DNA of 64,000 nucleotides from Bacteroidia bacterium (GTDB lineage: Bacteria; Bacteroidota; Bacteroidia; AKYH767-A; OLB10). The notes beneath the pieces were generated by a model. That model was given only the letters and a program-made list of their open reading frames with translations, was not told the DNA's origin and did no database searches. Below, in pieces: positions 1 to 10,598 of this stretch. The stretch covers positions 78,901 through 142,900 of the forward strand of contig DASUFP010000076.1 of assembly GCA_036274495.1 (NCBI GenBank), given 5' to 3'. The number at the start of each line of letters is the position of its first letter. Position 1 is the first letter of the stretch. The translations under genes were made by a program, and so were the position numbers.

Positions 1-2061
1 CACAATGTGGTTGCTGAATTTAATGCGCCACTTACCATAAACGGGGGCACTTTCATGCTATCACAAACCGGTGGAACACTCACCGGAATATTTAACGACA
101 GCATCACCGTTCGTTCCGGAATATTTGTCCTGAAAGGCGAAAACGGTCCTTCAACCGTTGTCATGAACGGCCCGTACACACAATCAGGCGGTAATGTATG
201 GCTCTACTCCAATGCCTCACAGCCCGCAGTCACGCCGGTTAATTGTATCATCAACAACAATTTTAACCAATCGGGCGGCCACCTCACTTTTGACTCCAAT
301 CCGGCCAGTACCACTACGCATAAGTTAACACTCGGCGGTGAATCGTTTACTGTTTCTGACAGTGCTTATATCGGATCGGCTAATACCAATGGCTATTACG
401 GTTTACTGGAATACGGTTATCCGGGTACAATGCAGTATCATTCAACGGGCAGTGCATGGACCATCAGACAGGTTAAACAACAAATAAAATCAGGCTGCAT
501 CTTAAAACCTGTTACCGGAACTATTGTAATTGCTTCATCCGCAACTTATGTCGCTGATCTGTTCCAGGTGAACACCGGAGCCACTCTGGACCTGGGTGAT
601 GCTCAAATCCGCTCGAACGCATTGCAATTAAATTCGGGTTTAAGAGCAGCGTCCGGTTCCGTTATCCGGCTAAGCAGACAGCAGGGCTTTTATGATGGAA
701 GCCAGCAGGCTGCTGTTTCGGCGGCAGGAAACATAACCTGCTCGCTCGACGAAAACAGCACGGTTGAATATTATGGAGCAGGTCCCGTTACCCTTACCGG
801 GACAGGCACCGGAACCGCAAACAATGAATCAGCACAATACGGAATTTTAAAAATCAATCTTGATAACAATACTGCCATTGCAACTGCGGCATCCGATTAT
901 GTTATTGCAAGAACAAAAGTGCTGGTGCAATCCGGAATCCTTGATCTCTCCTCAAAAACAGTTACGGTAAGCGGTGGGCTGCCCGGCTCCGTTTCAACTG
1001 TAAACGGAATGATACGAAGTGAAGGTGATGGAAAAATAAAGGTACTGCAACCAAAGGCCGGTATTCATGGCTGGAATTTTTGTACGGCTTCAAATAAACC
1101 ACTCCCCTTTGCACTTTCCATTCAGTCAAATTCGAACAGCTACCTGTCTGTTTCAACACAGCCCTGCAGTGAAGCCAACTTCCCCTACCCTGCACCACCC
1201 GCAGGCGGACAAATTTCTAACCTGAATGTCGGGGGCAGTCATGCGGCCAACAGAATGATTGACCGCTGGTTTAAAATAGAAGCACCTGCCGTATCAGGAA
1301 CCTTAACACTGTCGTTTGCATCCGACGAAAACACTCTGCCTTCAAGTCTTACCGATGATAACATTGCCATTACCTGCTGGAAAAATACCATGTGGACAGA
1401 ACCTGAAGGCCAACGCGGTACCGGATCAAACAACATGAGTGTAACCGCCACCATGAACACCATTACCGGCATATATGCCATGGTTGCATGGCCTGAAAAC
1501 AGGCAGGCAAACCTGTTAACGTTTACAGCCGAAAAAGTTCAGCAGGATGTAATGCTGAAATGGAAAGTGAACCGCGATAATGATGCACGCAACTTTACCG
1601 CCGAACGTTCAGTCGACGGAACAACATATATTCCGGTTGGCACTGTATCAGCACTGCCGTCAGGACAGGAACACGCCTACGATATTGTCGATAAAAATCC
1701 GCTGAGTGGTGCATCGTGGTACCGCATTAAACAATATGACTATTCGGGCATGGTCCGTTATTCGCAAGCAGTACGCATCACATTAGGAAAGAACACAGAG
1801 GGACAGATTACCATTACAAGTGTCACTCCAAATCCGTTCCACAATCAATTTTCACTTGTTTGCGATTTTCCTGAGCCGGGACCCGTGACAATTCAGCTCC
1901 TATCATCGGGCGGACAGCTTATTGATACAAAAAACTATTCCGCAACCGACGGCGCAAATACATTCAGCTGGGAAGACAACCGAAATTTACCGGAAGGCAT
2001 TTACATACTAATTGTATCGGACGGAAAAAGAAAAAGCACATCTAAAATTTACAAACATTAA
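1..2061 (+). CDS. T9SS type A cargo protein, 5'-truncated: beta-helix-like N-terminal part, Fn3-like pre-CTD domain, Por secretion CTD
   Basis: The frame is open from position 1. It has repeated (Y/F)xQSGG motifs, a 'LLTFTAEK..VMLKW..F..ERS.DG..Y' module, and a C-terminal 'VTPNPFHNQF...LPEGIYILIV...SKIYKH' type A CTD. Confidence 0.85.
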   Translation, partial: HNVVAEFNAPLTINGGTFMLSQTGGTLTGIFNDSITVRSGIFVLKGENGPSTVVMNGPYTQSGGNVWLYSNASQPAVTPVNCIINNNFNQSGGHLTFDSNPASTTTHKLTLGGESFTVSDSAYIGSANTNGYYGLLEYGYPGTMQYHSTGSAWTIRQVKQQIKSGCILKPVTGTIVIASSATYVADLFQVNTGATLDLGDAQIRSNALQLNSGLRAASGSVIRLSRQQGFYDGSQQAAVSAAGNITCSLDENSTVEYYGAGPVTLTGTGTGTANNESAQYGILKINLDNNTAIATAASDYVIARTKVLVQSGILDLSSKTVTVSGGLPGSVSTVNGMIRSEGDGKIKVLQPKAGIHGWNFCTASNKPLPFALSIQSNSNSYLSVSTQPCSEANFPYPAPPAGGQISNLNVGGSHAANRMIDRWFKIEAPAVSGTLTLSFASDENTLPSSLTDDNIAITCWKNTMWTEPEGQRGTGSNNMSVTATMNTITGIYAMVAWPENRQANLLTFTAEKVQQDVMLKWKVNRDNDARNFTAERSVDGTTYIPVGTVSALPSGQEHAYDIVDKNPLSGASWYRIKQYDYSGMVRYSQAVRITLGKNTEGQITITSVTPNPFHNQFSLVCDFPEPGPVTIQLLSSGGQLIDTKNYSATDGANTFSWEDNRNLPEGIYILIVSDGKRKSTSKIYKH

Positions 2062-2071
2062 TTGCTGAAGC

Positions 2072-3202
2072 ATGGCAAACTATAAACTGAGAAGCAGACA
2101 AAAAATGCAAGCCATTAACAGGATGGTGTACCTGGTGGCAGGAACATCCATACTGGGACTGGCAGCGTACTACATGGTGGTGATTAACACTACTCAGGTA
2201 ACTGAAACACAAGCCGGAATTTTCAGGAATATGATGCTGGGATATGATTTAAATTCGGGTGATGTGATAAGCGCATTCAGCTGGGACGATGGTCAGATCT
2301 TAAAAGCGGAAATAGGCTCAAACGCATTGAGCGTATCAAAAGATGCTGTGTGCATGCAAGGCGGAACCGATAACACCAAAGGTATTGGTCCCGGAAAATC
2401 GGGAGATCCGCTCCGGCTGGAAATTTCATCATCAAAGGATCTTAACCTGAACGGCATTGACGTTGCGCTGGATTACAAAAGACTTGAAAGCAACTGCTCG
2501 TTTTTCTCAAGAGGAAAATCATTCGACTTCGGGATGTCCGATGGAAAGCTTTCGATAACCTATAAAATTGATACAGGTTCAAAAAAGCCGGAAACCATAA
2601 GCGCTGTTTCCCGATATGAGGTACCGGACGACGGCACCTACAGAAATTACCGGTTTATTTACACCCCAAATCGCGGCAAAGCGGAAATGTTTGTTAACGA
2701 TGTAGTGATATGGAGCAACGAAACAGATCCTGAAATGCCCCTTGCATGGGACGAAACAGCACCCATGATTGTTGGTGCCGATATGAAAGGCAACGGATCA
2801 GGACAACCCTGTGTCGACAATTTAGCAATACGTGCCACCCGCCAGGTGAATAAACTTCCTGTTACGCTTTTGAATTTTGAAGCACGTGCCGAAGAAAATT
2901 ATGTGATGATTACCTGGTACACAGCCGGCGAATCCAATATCGATTCCTTTATTGTGGAACGGTCGAGCGATGCCATTTCATTCAATGAAGTAGGACGCAT
3001 CAAGGCTGCCGGCAATTCATCGAGTCTGCTTGCTTATGCTATCGTCGACAAGCAACCCTCGCCAGGAGTTACCTACTACCGGCTTGTCCCCTCCAACCTG
3101 CCGTTACGATCGATGATGATCTCACTGATTGGTTATAAATACCGGGGAAAAACAGGTGATGTCAAGATTACCGACATCACGGAAGGAGAACCAAAAAATT
3201 AA
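2072..3202 (+). CDS. N-terminally membrane-anchored LamG/concanavalin-like protein with an LPVTLLNF Fn3-like module and no CTD
   Basis: Basic N-terminus, then a hydrophobic helix (VYLVAGTSILGLAAYYMVVI), a beta-sandwich-like region (YRFIYTP...AEMFVND...VDNLAI), and an LPVTLLNFEA...YYRL module. Confidence 0.6.
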   Translation: MANYKLRSRQKMQAINRMVYLVAGTSILGLAAYYMVVINTTQVTETQAGIFRNMMLGYDLNSGDVISAFSWDDGQILKAEIGSNALSVSKDAVCMQGGTDNTKGIGPGKSGDPLRLEISSSKDLNLNGIDVALDYKRLESNCSFFSRGKSFDFGMSDGKLSITYKIDTGSKKPETISAVSRYEVPDDGTYRNYRFIYTPNRGKAEMFVNDVVIWSNETDPEMPLAWDETAPMIVGADMKGNGSGQPCVDNLAIRATRQVNKLPVTLLNFEARAEENYVMITWYTAGESNIDSFIVERSSDAISFNEVGRIKAAGNSSSLLAYAIVDKQPSPGVTYYRLVPSNLPLRSMMISLIGYKYRGKTGDVKITDITEGEPKN

Positions 3203-3206
3203 CACC

Positions 3207-3231
3207 AACCCGGCATCGCCCGGGTTTTTTT
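3207..3231 (+). terminator. Intrinsic terminator
   Basis: AACCCGG-catcgc-CCGGGTT followed by TTTTT, 4 nt after the stop at 3202. Confidence 0.85.
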
Positions 3232-3263
3232 GTACCTATAAAATAATTAGTTTTACAGGTATC

Positions 3264-6200
3264 ATGCAGCGTGGTGCCCACCTCTCTATTTACCGTTCTT
3301 CTGCCGGATCAGGCAAGACCTTTACCCTTGTAAAGGAATACCTGAAGCTGGTGCTTGCCGACACAAAGGCTTACCGAAAAATTCTGGCTATTACTTTTAC
3401 TAATAAGGCGACTGAAGAGATGAAGTCGCGGATAATCGGACAGCTGATAAAAATTTCAGGGGGCGGAGAGGGCGGATACATCCGAACACACCTCGAACTT
3501 CCCTTTCCGGAAGAAGAAACAGCCGCTAAAGCCGCAGAGGTGCTTTCCAATATTATGCACGACTATTCGGGATTTGCCATCACTACCATTGATAGTTTTT
3601 TCAGCAGCATTGTCCGTAATCTCGCCAGGGAACTCAACCTCCCCATGCGTTTCGAAATGGAACTGAGTACCGATCATGTGATCCGGGAAATAACTTTCGA
3701 CCTGCTTGAGGAGAGCGATACCAATGAGGATCTGAGCAGCTGGCTGCAGGAGTATCTGCTGGATTTACTCGACAATGAAAAGGGTTGGAAAATAGAACCG
3801 AAAATTCATGAAACTGCCAAACAACTTTTTTCTGACGAATTCAGAAGATTACATGAAAATAAACCTCACAAGATTGTCAAATCATTTGTAAAAGAACTCA
3901 AACAAATCATAAACAGCACCGAGTCTGAGGCCAATTCATTTGCTGAAGCTTTTTTTACAATTTTAGATCAGCATTCACTCAGTGTAGAAGATCTGAAAAG
4001 AAAAAAATCGGGTCCTTCGGGAACTTTTATTAAATTAAAAAAAGGCAGTGCCACACTTCCGGAACTCAATCCGACATTCCTTAAAGCGGCGGAAAATGCA
4101 GAAGAGTGGTTTACAACATCGGCAGAAAATGCTGAATTAATACACGCCGTTGCAGAAGAAAAACTGCTTCCCCTGTCACAAAAAGTGCTGGAGTTTTATG
4201 AACGGCAGATTCCTTATTACAACGGAGCACTTGCGGTACTGAAGCTTATTTACCTTTCGGGACTCCTTGGCCGCCTCAACGAAAAGTTGCGCGATTACCG
4301 TGCAGCAACCGACACTATACTGCTGAGCGATGTCAACTACATGCTGAAGGATGCAATTGATGAACAGGATGCTCCTTTTATTTTCGAGAAAGCCGGAAAC
4401 AGGTACCTGCATTTTATGCTGGATGAGTTTCAGGATACATCACGCATGCAATGGCACAATTTGTATCCGCTGCTGTTGAACAGCCTCTCATTAGGAAACA
4501 GTTCACTTATCGTAGGGGATGCCAAACAATCGATTTATCGCTGGAGGGGAGGCGATATGGAATTGCTTCAAACAGGCGTCGAAAAAGACCTGCATCATTT
4601 TGAGAGTGTTATTGAATCAAAATTTCTGGGTGACAACTGGCGCAGCAGCGAAACAATTATTTCGTTTAACAACCTGTTCTTTCCGGATGCGGCAATATTC
4701 CTTGCCGGTAAACAGAGCGACCCGATGAGCACGCTTATCCGCGACGTCTACAAACCCGACCTTGTAACACAACAATTCAAAAAAGGGAAAGCCGGTGAGG
4801 GATTTGTAAGCATCAAGATATTTGACAGAAAAGAGGATGACGAGAAAAATACATCTGATGAAGAGGCTCCCTCAAAAGGGTGGGGTGACCGCAGTATGAC
4901 TGAAACCTGCAATACCATAAACGAACTGCTGAAGAAGGGATTCCGGCTGAGTGATATGGCCATCCTGTGCAGAACAAATCAGGACGCAATCTTTATTACC
5001 TCGCACCTTCTGCTCAACGGAATTACGAGTATTATAAGCCCCGAATCGTTACTGCTCACCGGCTCAAGAGAAGTGCGGCTGCTGATACGCCTGATACGGT
5101 ACCTGCAGGATGCCTCCGATGATATAACGCTTGCCCATATTTGTTGTTATGCCTCGTTGAAATCAGGTGAAGATATTGACGCCTTGTTAGCCGAAGGAAA
5201 ACATGCGATGGAGATGATGCTGCCGGAAGGATTTGTCAGAAGAAGAGATGCACTGCTCAACCTTACACTCTACGAACTGGTTGAAGAACTGTGTCTTTTG
5301 TTTAAGTTAAACAACAAACCCGACGCGTACATTCAGCGTTTTCACGATCTGGTTCAGGAATATGTGCAGAAAAATCCGCCCGGACTTTCCGACTTCCTGG
5401 AGTGGTGGGACGAAAACAACGATTCGGATGCCTGTTCCGTCAACTTCCCTGATGGCAAAAATGCCATCCGCATCATGAGCATTCACAAGTCGAAGGGACT
5501 CGAGTTCCGGATTGTTTTTATCCCGCTTTGCGGATGGAGTTTCGGATCCAGGCCGAATCAAACCATGTGGGCAACAAGCACTAAAAAGCCTTTTGATCAG
5601 CTGGAGGCGCACCTTGTAAATCCTGGCAAACGGCTGATAAATTCTGTTTTTTCAGAAGACAACGACAGGGAGTCAGGATTGCAGGCCATCGACAACCTGA
5701 ACCTGATGTATGTCGCATTTACGCGCGCCAAAGAGCAGTTGTATGTACACGCACAGGGTCCACCGAAAAACAGAAAAGAGGATACAGCATATAATGCCGG
5801 ACTGTTAGTGCTGGATGTGATCAATGGAAATGAGCAATGGAAAAGATTGCTCCACAATTCGGAAGATCATTCGGTTGAACTGGGCACAATTCCTGAACCC
5901 GCAGCCTCCGATGAAGTAAAAAAAGAAGGCGTTGAATTAACAAAATGGATTTCGGAACCCTGGAAAGACAAGTTGTGGCTTGGAGTAAACAAGAGAAAAA
6001 TTGCACGTGACGACCCGGAACATGCCGACACCGCTTATGGATTACTTTTTCATGATTACATGTCGAAGTTTGTACATACAAAAGAACCATCGGCCATTGC
6101 CGCAGCCATACAAAACTTAAATTTACCGGATGCAACCTTACGCGACCGGCTTATTAAGGAAGTGCATTATGTTGTATCGGAAGGGAGTGATCGAAATTGG

Positions 6201-6452
6201 TTTGCCGAATCAGCTGAAATTTTCTGCGAGCGCGAAATGCTGACACAGGACGGAAAGCTACTTCGTCCCGATCGTGTCGTTATTTCTGAGACGGGAGTTC
6301 AGGTAATCGACTACAAAACAGGGTCGGAAGAACCCTGGCATGCCGACCAGGTGAAAGTATACGGATCTGTGCTTAAAGAAATGGGCTATCCGGAGCCGCG
6401 CCTTTTTCTGGTTTATCCGGCGTTACGCAAAGTGGCGGAGGTAACAACATAA
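3264..6452 (+). CDS. addA: AddA-like UvrD helicase with C-terminal PD-(D/E)xK nuclease
   Basis: SAGSGKT Walker A, AITFTNKA, LDEFQDTS, VGDAKQSIYRWRG, MSIHKSKGLEF, YVAFTRAK and nuclease RPDRVV...IDYKTG. I chose the start at ATG 3264 because the 3129 extension runs through the upstream gene and its terminator. Confidence 0.88.
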   Translation: MQRGAHLSIYRSSAGSGKTFTLVKEYLKLVLADTKAYRKILAITFTNKATEEMKSRIIGQLIKISGGGEGGYIRTHLELPFPEEETAAKAAEVLSNIMHDYSGFAITTIDSFFSSIVRNLARELNLPMRFEMELSTDHVIREITFDLLEESDTNEDLSSWLQEYLLDLLDNEKGWKIEPKIHETAKQLFSDEFRRLHENKPHKIVKSFVKELKQIINSTESEANSFAEAFFTILDQHSLSVEDLKRKKSGPSGTFIKLKKGSATLPELNPTFLKAAENAEEWFTTSAENAELIHAVAEEKLLPLSQKVLEFYERQIPYYNGALAVLKLIYLSGLLGRLNEKLRDYRAATDTILLSDVNYMLKDAIDEQDAPFIFEKAGNRYLHFMLDEFQDTSRMQWHNLYPLLLNSLSLGNSSLIVGDAKQSIYRWRGGDMELLQTGVEKDLHHFESVIESKFLGDNWRSSETIISFNNLFFPDAAIFLAGKQSDPMSTLIRDVYKPDLVTQQFKKGKAGEGFVSIKIFDRKEDDEKNTSDEEAPSKGWGDRSMTETCNTINELLKKGFRLSDMAILCRTNQDAIFITSHLLLNGITSIISPESLLLTGSREVRLLIRLIRYLQDASDDITLAHICCYASLKSGEDIDALLAEGKHAMEMMLPEGFVRRRDALLNLTLYELVEELCLLFKLNNKPDAYIQRFHDLVQEYVQKNPPGLSDFLEWWDENNDSDACSVNFPDGKNAIRIMSIHKSKGLEFRIVFIPLCGWSFGSRPNQTMWATSTKKPFDQLEAHLVNPGKRLINSVFSEDNDRESGLQAIDNLNLMYVAFTRAKEQLYVHAQGPPKNRKEDTAYNAGLLVLDVINGNEQWKRLLHNSEDHSVELGTIPEPAASDEVKKEGVELTKWISEPWKDKLWLGVNKRKIARDDPEHADTAYGLLFHDYMSKFVHTKEPSAIAAAIQNLNLPDATLRDRLIKEVHYVVSEGSDRNWFAESAEIFCEREMLTQDGKLLRPDRVVISETGVQVIDYKTGSEEPWHADQVKVYGSVLKEMGYPEPRLFLVYPALRKVAEVTT

Positions 6453-6844
6453 TCCGCTACCCGGTTTCTCTTTTCTTTTACCGGAGCAGTTGGCTTGATC
6501 AGCAAACGGTAGTGTGTTGAATTATCATAAATCATCCAGATAAACCGTTCGGCACCCCGTGCATCTACCGTTTTCATAAAGGTGAAATCGCAAATGCTGT
6601 GATAATTCTGAAAGCGGAAGTCCAGATCAGGGTAAAAAATTGGCTCGTCGCTCCCCTCCTGCTTTTCTAATTCTTTAGCTACCGACAAAAGAAAGGGAAA
6701 ATAACGGGAGGCTTTCCCGGCATCCATGCCACTTACCGGAAAAAGGGAGTCGCAGCTGCCCAGAACCTTGCCCGATCGTTCAAACGTAACACATTGACAT
6801 TTAGCGTTTAATGACTTGTTTTCGATTAGGTAATCCTGTTCCAT
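6413..6844 (-). CDS. Hypothetical protein, possibly a stand-alone PAS-like domain
   Basis: A 143-aa ORF filling the addA-pruA gap. Its 'DFTFMK...FIWMIYDNSTHY' ending resembles PAS/PAC terminal strands. Confidence 0.5.
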   Translation of the reverse strand: MEQDYLIENKSLNAKCQCVTFERSGKVLGSCDSLFPVSGMDAGKASRYFPFLLSVAKELEKQEGSDEPIFYPDLDFRFQNYHSICDFTFMKTVDARGAERFIWMIYDNSTHYRLLIKPTAPVKEKRNRVADYVVTSATLRNAG

Positions 6845-6970
6845 AGGCTTGCAGTTTTGGATAACCGGTTTGTACTTGCTTTATACTCATGTCAATACAA
6901 AAAGTTACCTCATTCTTACAGGCCGGTACAGGTGTGAGAAGGGTTACAGACCGGACCGGCGTTTATTTGC

Positions 6971-6978
6971 TAATTTTG
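6971..6978 (+). promoter_or_regulatory. Bacteroidota sigma70 -7 element (TAnnTTTG) for pruA
   Basis: TAATTTTG, 21 nt before ATG 7000. Confidence 0.6.
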
Positions 6979-6999
6979 CACTTCCAAAATCTGCTATAT

Positions 7000-8631
7000 A
7001 TGTCAAACGGAATTTTCAGAGTACCCCGGGCGGTCAACGAACCGGTTTTAGATTACGCGCCGGGATCGCCGGAAAGAGCGGCACTTAAAAAGGCGATTGC
7101 CGATGCACGTGCCATGGAAAAAGATATACCGATGTATATCGACGGTAAAGAGGTAAGAACTGAAAAGAAGAAAAGGCTGAGTCCTCCGCACGATCATGGA
7201 CACACACTCGGATATTATTCGGAGGGCGATGCGTCGCATGTGAAAAACGCAATTGATGCGGCTTTGTGTGCCCGCGACAAATGGGCTGCCATGGACTGGG
7301 AACACAGAGCTTCCATTTTTCTAAAAGCTGCCGATCTCCTTGCCGGACCTTACCGTCCGGTTATTAATGCGGCTACCATGCTGGGTCAATCGAAAAGTGT
7401 ATTCCAGGCCGAAATTGATGCTGCCTGCGAAATGATCGATTTCCTCCGCTTTAATGTGCAATACATGGAAGAAATTTACCACCAACAGCCCGTTTCTTCA
7501 AAGGGAGTGTGGAACCGTGTGGAACAACGACCGCTTGAAGGATTTGTGTTCGCGCTGACACCATTTAACTTTACCGCAATTGCAGGCAACCTGCCTACAT
7601 CTGTTGCCATGATGGGAAATACTGTAGTATGGAAACCCTCCAACACACAGATCTATGCTGCCAATGTACTCATGGAAGTGTTTATAAAAGCGGGACTGCC
7701 CGCCGGTGTAATCAATCTGGTTTATGTATCGGGTCCCGTTGCCGGTGATGTCATTTTCAAACATCCCGATTTTGCCGGCATTCATTTTACCGGTTCCACA
7801 GATGTATTCAGAAACATCTGGGGTGAAATCGGAAAAAACATCAGTAGCTATAAAACCTATCCGAGAATTGTAGGCGAAACCGGCGGTAAGGATTTCATTT
7901 TTGCACATGCAACTGCCGATGTACCTGCACTTGTTACCGCACTGAGTCGTGGCGCCTTCGAATTCCAGGGTCAGAAATGCAGTGCCGCTTCCAGAGCCTA
8001 TATACCTGAAAGCTTATGGCCGGCAGTTAAAAAAGCACTGCTGAACGATATCGCCTCAATGAAAATGGGCGGCACCGAAGACTTCTCAAACTTCTTTAAT
8101 GCAGTTATTGACGAAAAATCGTTCGATAAGATTACAAACTATATTGCCAATGCCAAAAACAACAAAGATGTTGAGGTGATTGCAGGTGGCGGAAGCGATA
8201 AAAGCAAGGGTTATTTTGTTGAGCCGACCGTACTGGTGGCGAAGGATCCTTATTATATAACCATGTGCGAAGAGATCTTTGGTCCCGTATTGACTATCCA
8301 TGTATACCCCGACGACCGGTTTGAACCGATGCTCGAAATAGTCGACAAAACAGGAATTTATGCCTTAACGGGATCTATAATTGCCCAGGACCGGTATGTA
8401 ATTGACTTTGCCATGAAAAAACTGGTAAATGCCGCCGGCAATTTCTACATCAACGACAAATGTACCGGAGCCGTAGTCGGACAACAGCCATTTGGCGGAG
8501 CCCGTGGTTCAGGAACCAACGACAAAGCGGGTTCTATGATCAACCTGCTGCGCTGGGTATCGCCGCGAACCATCAAAGAAACGTTTGTGCCGGCTACCGA
8601 TTACAGATATCCGTTTTTGAAAGAGTCCTGA
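7000..8631 (+). CDS. pruA: 1-pyrroline-5-carboxylate dehydrogenase
   Basis: NEPVLDYAPGS, PFNFTAIAGN, FTGST, ETGGKDF, catalytic GQKCSAASR, EEIFGPVL, GNFYINDK.TGAVVGQQPFGG. Start at ATG 7000. Confidence 0.95.
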   Translation: MSNGIFRVPRAVNEPVLDYAPGSPERAALKKAIADARAMEKDIPMYIDGKEVRTEKKKRLSPPHDHGHTLGYYSEGDASHVKNAIDAALCARDKWAAMDWEHRASIFLKAADLLAGPYRPVINAATMLGQSKSVFQAEIDAACEMIDFLRFNVQYMEEIYHQQPVSSKGVWNRVEQRPLEGFVFALTPFNFTAIAGNLPTSVAMMGNTVVWKPSNTQIYAANVLMEVFIKAGLPAGVINLVYVSGPVAGDVIFKHPDFAGIHFTGSTDVFRNIWGEIGKNISSYKTYPRIVGETGGKDFIFAHATADVPALVTALSRGAFEFQGQKCSAASRAYIPESLWPAVKKALLNDIASMKMGGTEDFSNFFNAVIDEKSFDKITNYIANAKNNKDVEVIAGGGSDKSKGYFVEPTVLVAKDPYYITMCEEIFGPVLTIHVYPDDRFEPMLEIVDKTGIYALTGSIIAQDRYVIDFAMKKLVNAAGNFYINDKCTGAVVGQQPFGGARGSGTNDKAGSMINLLRWVSPRTIKETFVPATDYRYPFLKES

Positions 8632-8652
8632 AAACGGCCATTGATTTTCAAC

Positions 8653-8687
8653 AGAGGGCTGTAGATAAAATTTTACAGCCCTCTTTT
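8653..8687 (+). terminator. Intrinsic terminator after pruA
   Basis: AGAGGGCTGTA-N10-TACAGCCCTCT followed by TTT. Confidence 0.8.
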
Positions 8688-8718
8688 ACGTTCCAACCCT
8701 GTGTCTTAATTTAGTATC

Positions 8719-9030
8719 ATGAAAAAGCCTGCCTGGTTACCACCTGCACTCACACTCTTCCGCAACAAATACTTTCTTACGTTGCTGGCTTTTTTGATTT
8801 GGATGGCTTTTGTGGACCGGAATAATTTTTATACCCGTTACTCCTACCACAAGGAACTTCAGAAGCTGAAAGACGAACGCGAATATTACATCGGCGAAAT
8901 AGAAAGCACCCGCCGTAAGAGTCACGAGCTTATGTCGAACCCGGCGAATCTTGAAAAATTTGCAAGAGAAGAGTACCTGATGAAAAAAGACAACGAGGAT
9001 GTTTTTCTGATCCGTCGTCCTCAGAGTTAA
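8719..9030 (+). CDS. ftsB: Septum formation initiator (FtsB/DivIC family)
   Basis: RNKYF plus a TM helix, a coiled coil, and [19 protein letters not shown]. Confidence 0.85.
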   Translation: MKKPAWLPPALTLFRNKYFLTLLAFLIWMAFVDRNNFYTRYSYHKELQKLKDEREYYIGEIESTRRKSHELMSNPANLEKFAREEYLMKKDNEDVFLIRRPQS

Positions 9031-10580
9031 CCGGTGTACTCGCCAAAGGTATTCCTGAGCCGGTCCGCAATTTCTCCCAGCGTACAATAGTTTTCTGCAC
9101 ATTCCAATATATACGGCATCAGGTTAGCTGTTCCGTTTGCCGCCGACTCCAGCTTATCCAGGCTTTCGTTCGCCAGTTCAGTATTACGGTTTGCTTTCAA
9201 TTTCCTGATTTGTTCCGACTGTACCTGCCGGATGGAATCATCTACCGAAAAAATCTTATCAAAAGGAGGTTCTTCCGTTACATTTTTGTTTAGCCCGATA
9301 ATTTCCTTTTCACCGCTTTCAATATCTTTCTGATACTTATATGCCGACGCGGCAATTTCATTTTGTATGTAACCGGCTTCAATAGCACGCACCGCTCCTC
9401 CCATTTCGTCAATCTTGCGAATGTAATCCCAAGCCAGCCGCTCCACTTCGGAGGTAAGCTGTTCCACATAATAGGAACCGCCCAACGGGTCAACTGTCAG
9501 GGTGGCTCCGCTTTCGGAGGCAATTACCTGTTGTGTCCGTAAAGCAATCGTTGCAGCTTCTTCGGTCGGAAGGGAGAGTGCTTCATCGTAGCCGTTGGTA
9601 TGCAGCGACTGTGTGCCGCCCAGCACTGCGGACAATGCCTGTATGGTAACCCGTACAATATTATTCATCGGCTGCTGGGCAGTAAGTGTGGATCCTCCTG
9701 TTTGCGTATGGAAACGAAGCATCTGTGCCCGCGGATCGGTTGCCCCGAGTTCTTTGGTGATGTGTGCCCACATCCTTCGTGCGGCACGAAACTTTGCAAC
9801 TTCTTCGAAGAGGTTGTTGTGTGCATTGAAGAAAAATGAGATGCGTTTGGCAAAAACATTTATGTCAAGTCCCTTTTCAAGTGCCGCTTTCAGATATGCT
9901 TTGCCATCGGCCAATGTAAATGCGAGTTCCTGTACCGCGTTGGCTCCGGCTTCACGTATATGATAACCCGAAACGGAAATGGTATTCCATTTCGGCACCT
10001 CCGCACTGCAGAACTCAAAAATATCGGTAATGATGCGCATAGAGGGCTCAGGCGGATAAATATAAGTGCCTCTTGCCGCATATTCCTTCAGAATATCGTT
10101 TTGAATAGTACCCGAAATATTTTTAAGATCTGCGCCCTGCTTTTTAGCCAGCGCAATGTACATGGCCAGCAAAATACCGGCAGTGGCGTTGATGGTCATC
10201 GAAGTGGTGACCTTTTCCAGTTCTATTCCGTCAAACAACACTTCCATATCAAGAAGCGAATCAATTGCCACCCCCGCTTTGCCTACTTCGCCTTCGGCAA
10301 GTGCGTGATCGGAATCGTAGCCGATTTGTGTCGGTAAATCAAATGCGACACTCAAGCCTGTGGTTCCCTGCGACAGCAAATAACGGTAACGCTCATTGGA
10401 AGCTGCGGCAGTGCTGAATCCGGCATACTGGCGCATGGTCCAAATTTTTGAACGATACATATCCGACTGAACTCCGCGTGTAAACGGAAATAAACCGGGT
10501 TGCTCTCCCTTTCCCTCTGCATCGGTATATACCCGTGCAATTTCAATACCGCTGTCGGTTACTATTTTTTTTTCGGACAT
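9027..10580 (-). CDS. Methylmalonyl-CoA mutase, substrate-binding (alpha) subunit without a B12-binding domain
   Basis: [15 protein letters not shown] (Tyr specificity residue), [30 protein letters not shown] (Arg), [19 protein letters not shown]. Confidence 0.92.
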   Translation of the reverse strand: MSEKKIVTDSGIEIARVYTDAEGKGEQPGLFPFTRGVQSDMYRSKIWTMRQYAGFSTAAASNERYRYLLSQGTTGLSVAFDLPTQIGYDSDHALAEGEVGKAGVAIDSLLDMEVLFDGIELEKVTTSMTINATAGILLAMYIALAKKQGADLKNISGTIQNDILKEYAARGTYIYPPEPSMRIITDIFEFCSAEVPKWNTISVSGYHIREAGANAVQELAFTLADGKAYLKAALEKGLDINVFAKRISFFFNAHNNLFEEVAKFRAARRMWAHITKELGATDPRAQMLRFHTQTGGSTLTAQQPMNNIVRVTIQALSAVLGGTQSLHTNGYDEALSLPTEEAATIALRTQQVIASESGATLTVDPLGGSYYVEQLTSEVERLAWDYIRKIDEMGGAVRAIEAGYIQNEIAASAYKYQKDIESGEKEIIGLNKNVTEEPPFDKIFSVDDSIRQVQSEQIRKLKANRNTELANESLDKLESAANGTANLMPYILECAENYCTLGEIADRLRNTFGEYTG

Positions 10581-10598
10581 AAATTGAAAATTAAAAAA

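Noticed and set aside
3129-3263. Longer N-termini in the ORF track (3129, 6889, 16251, 20723, 50275)
   Set aside because: The extensions cross terminators, promoters or neighbouring genes. The downstream ATGs (3264, 7000, 16293, 20708, 50209) fit family N-termini, promoters or gene overlaps better.
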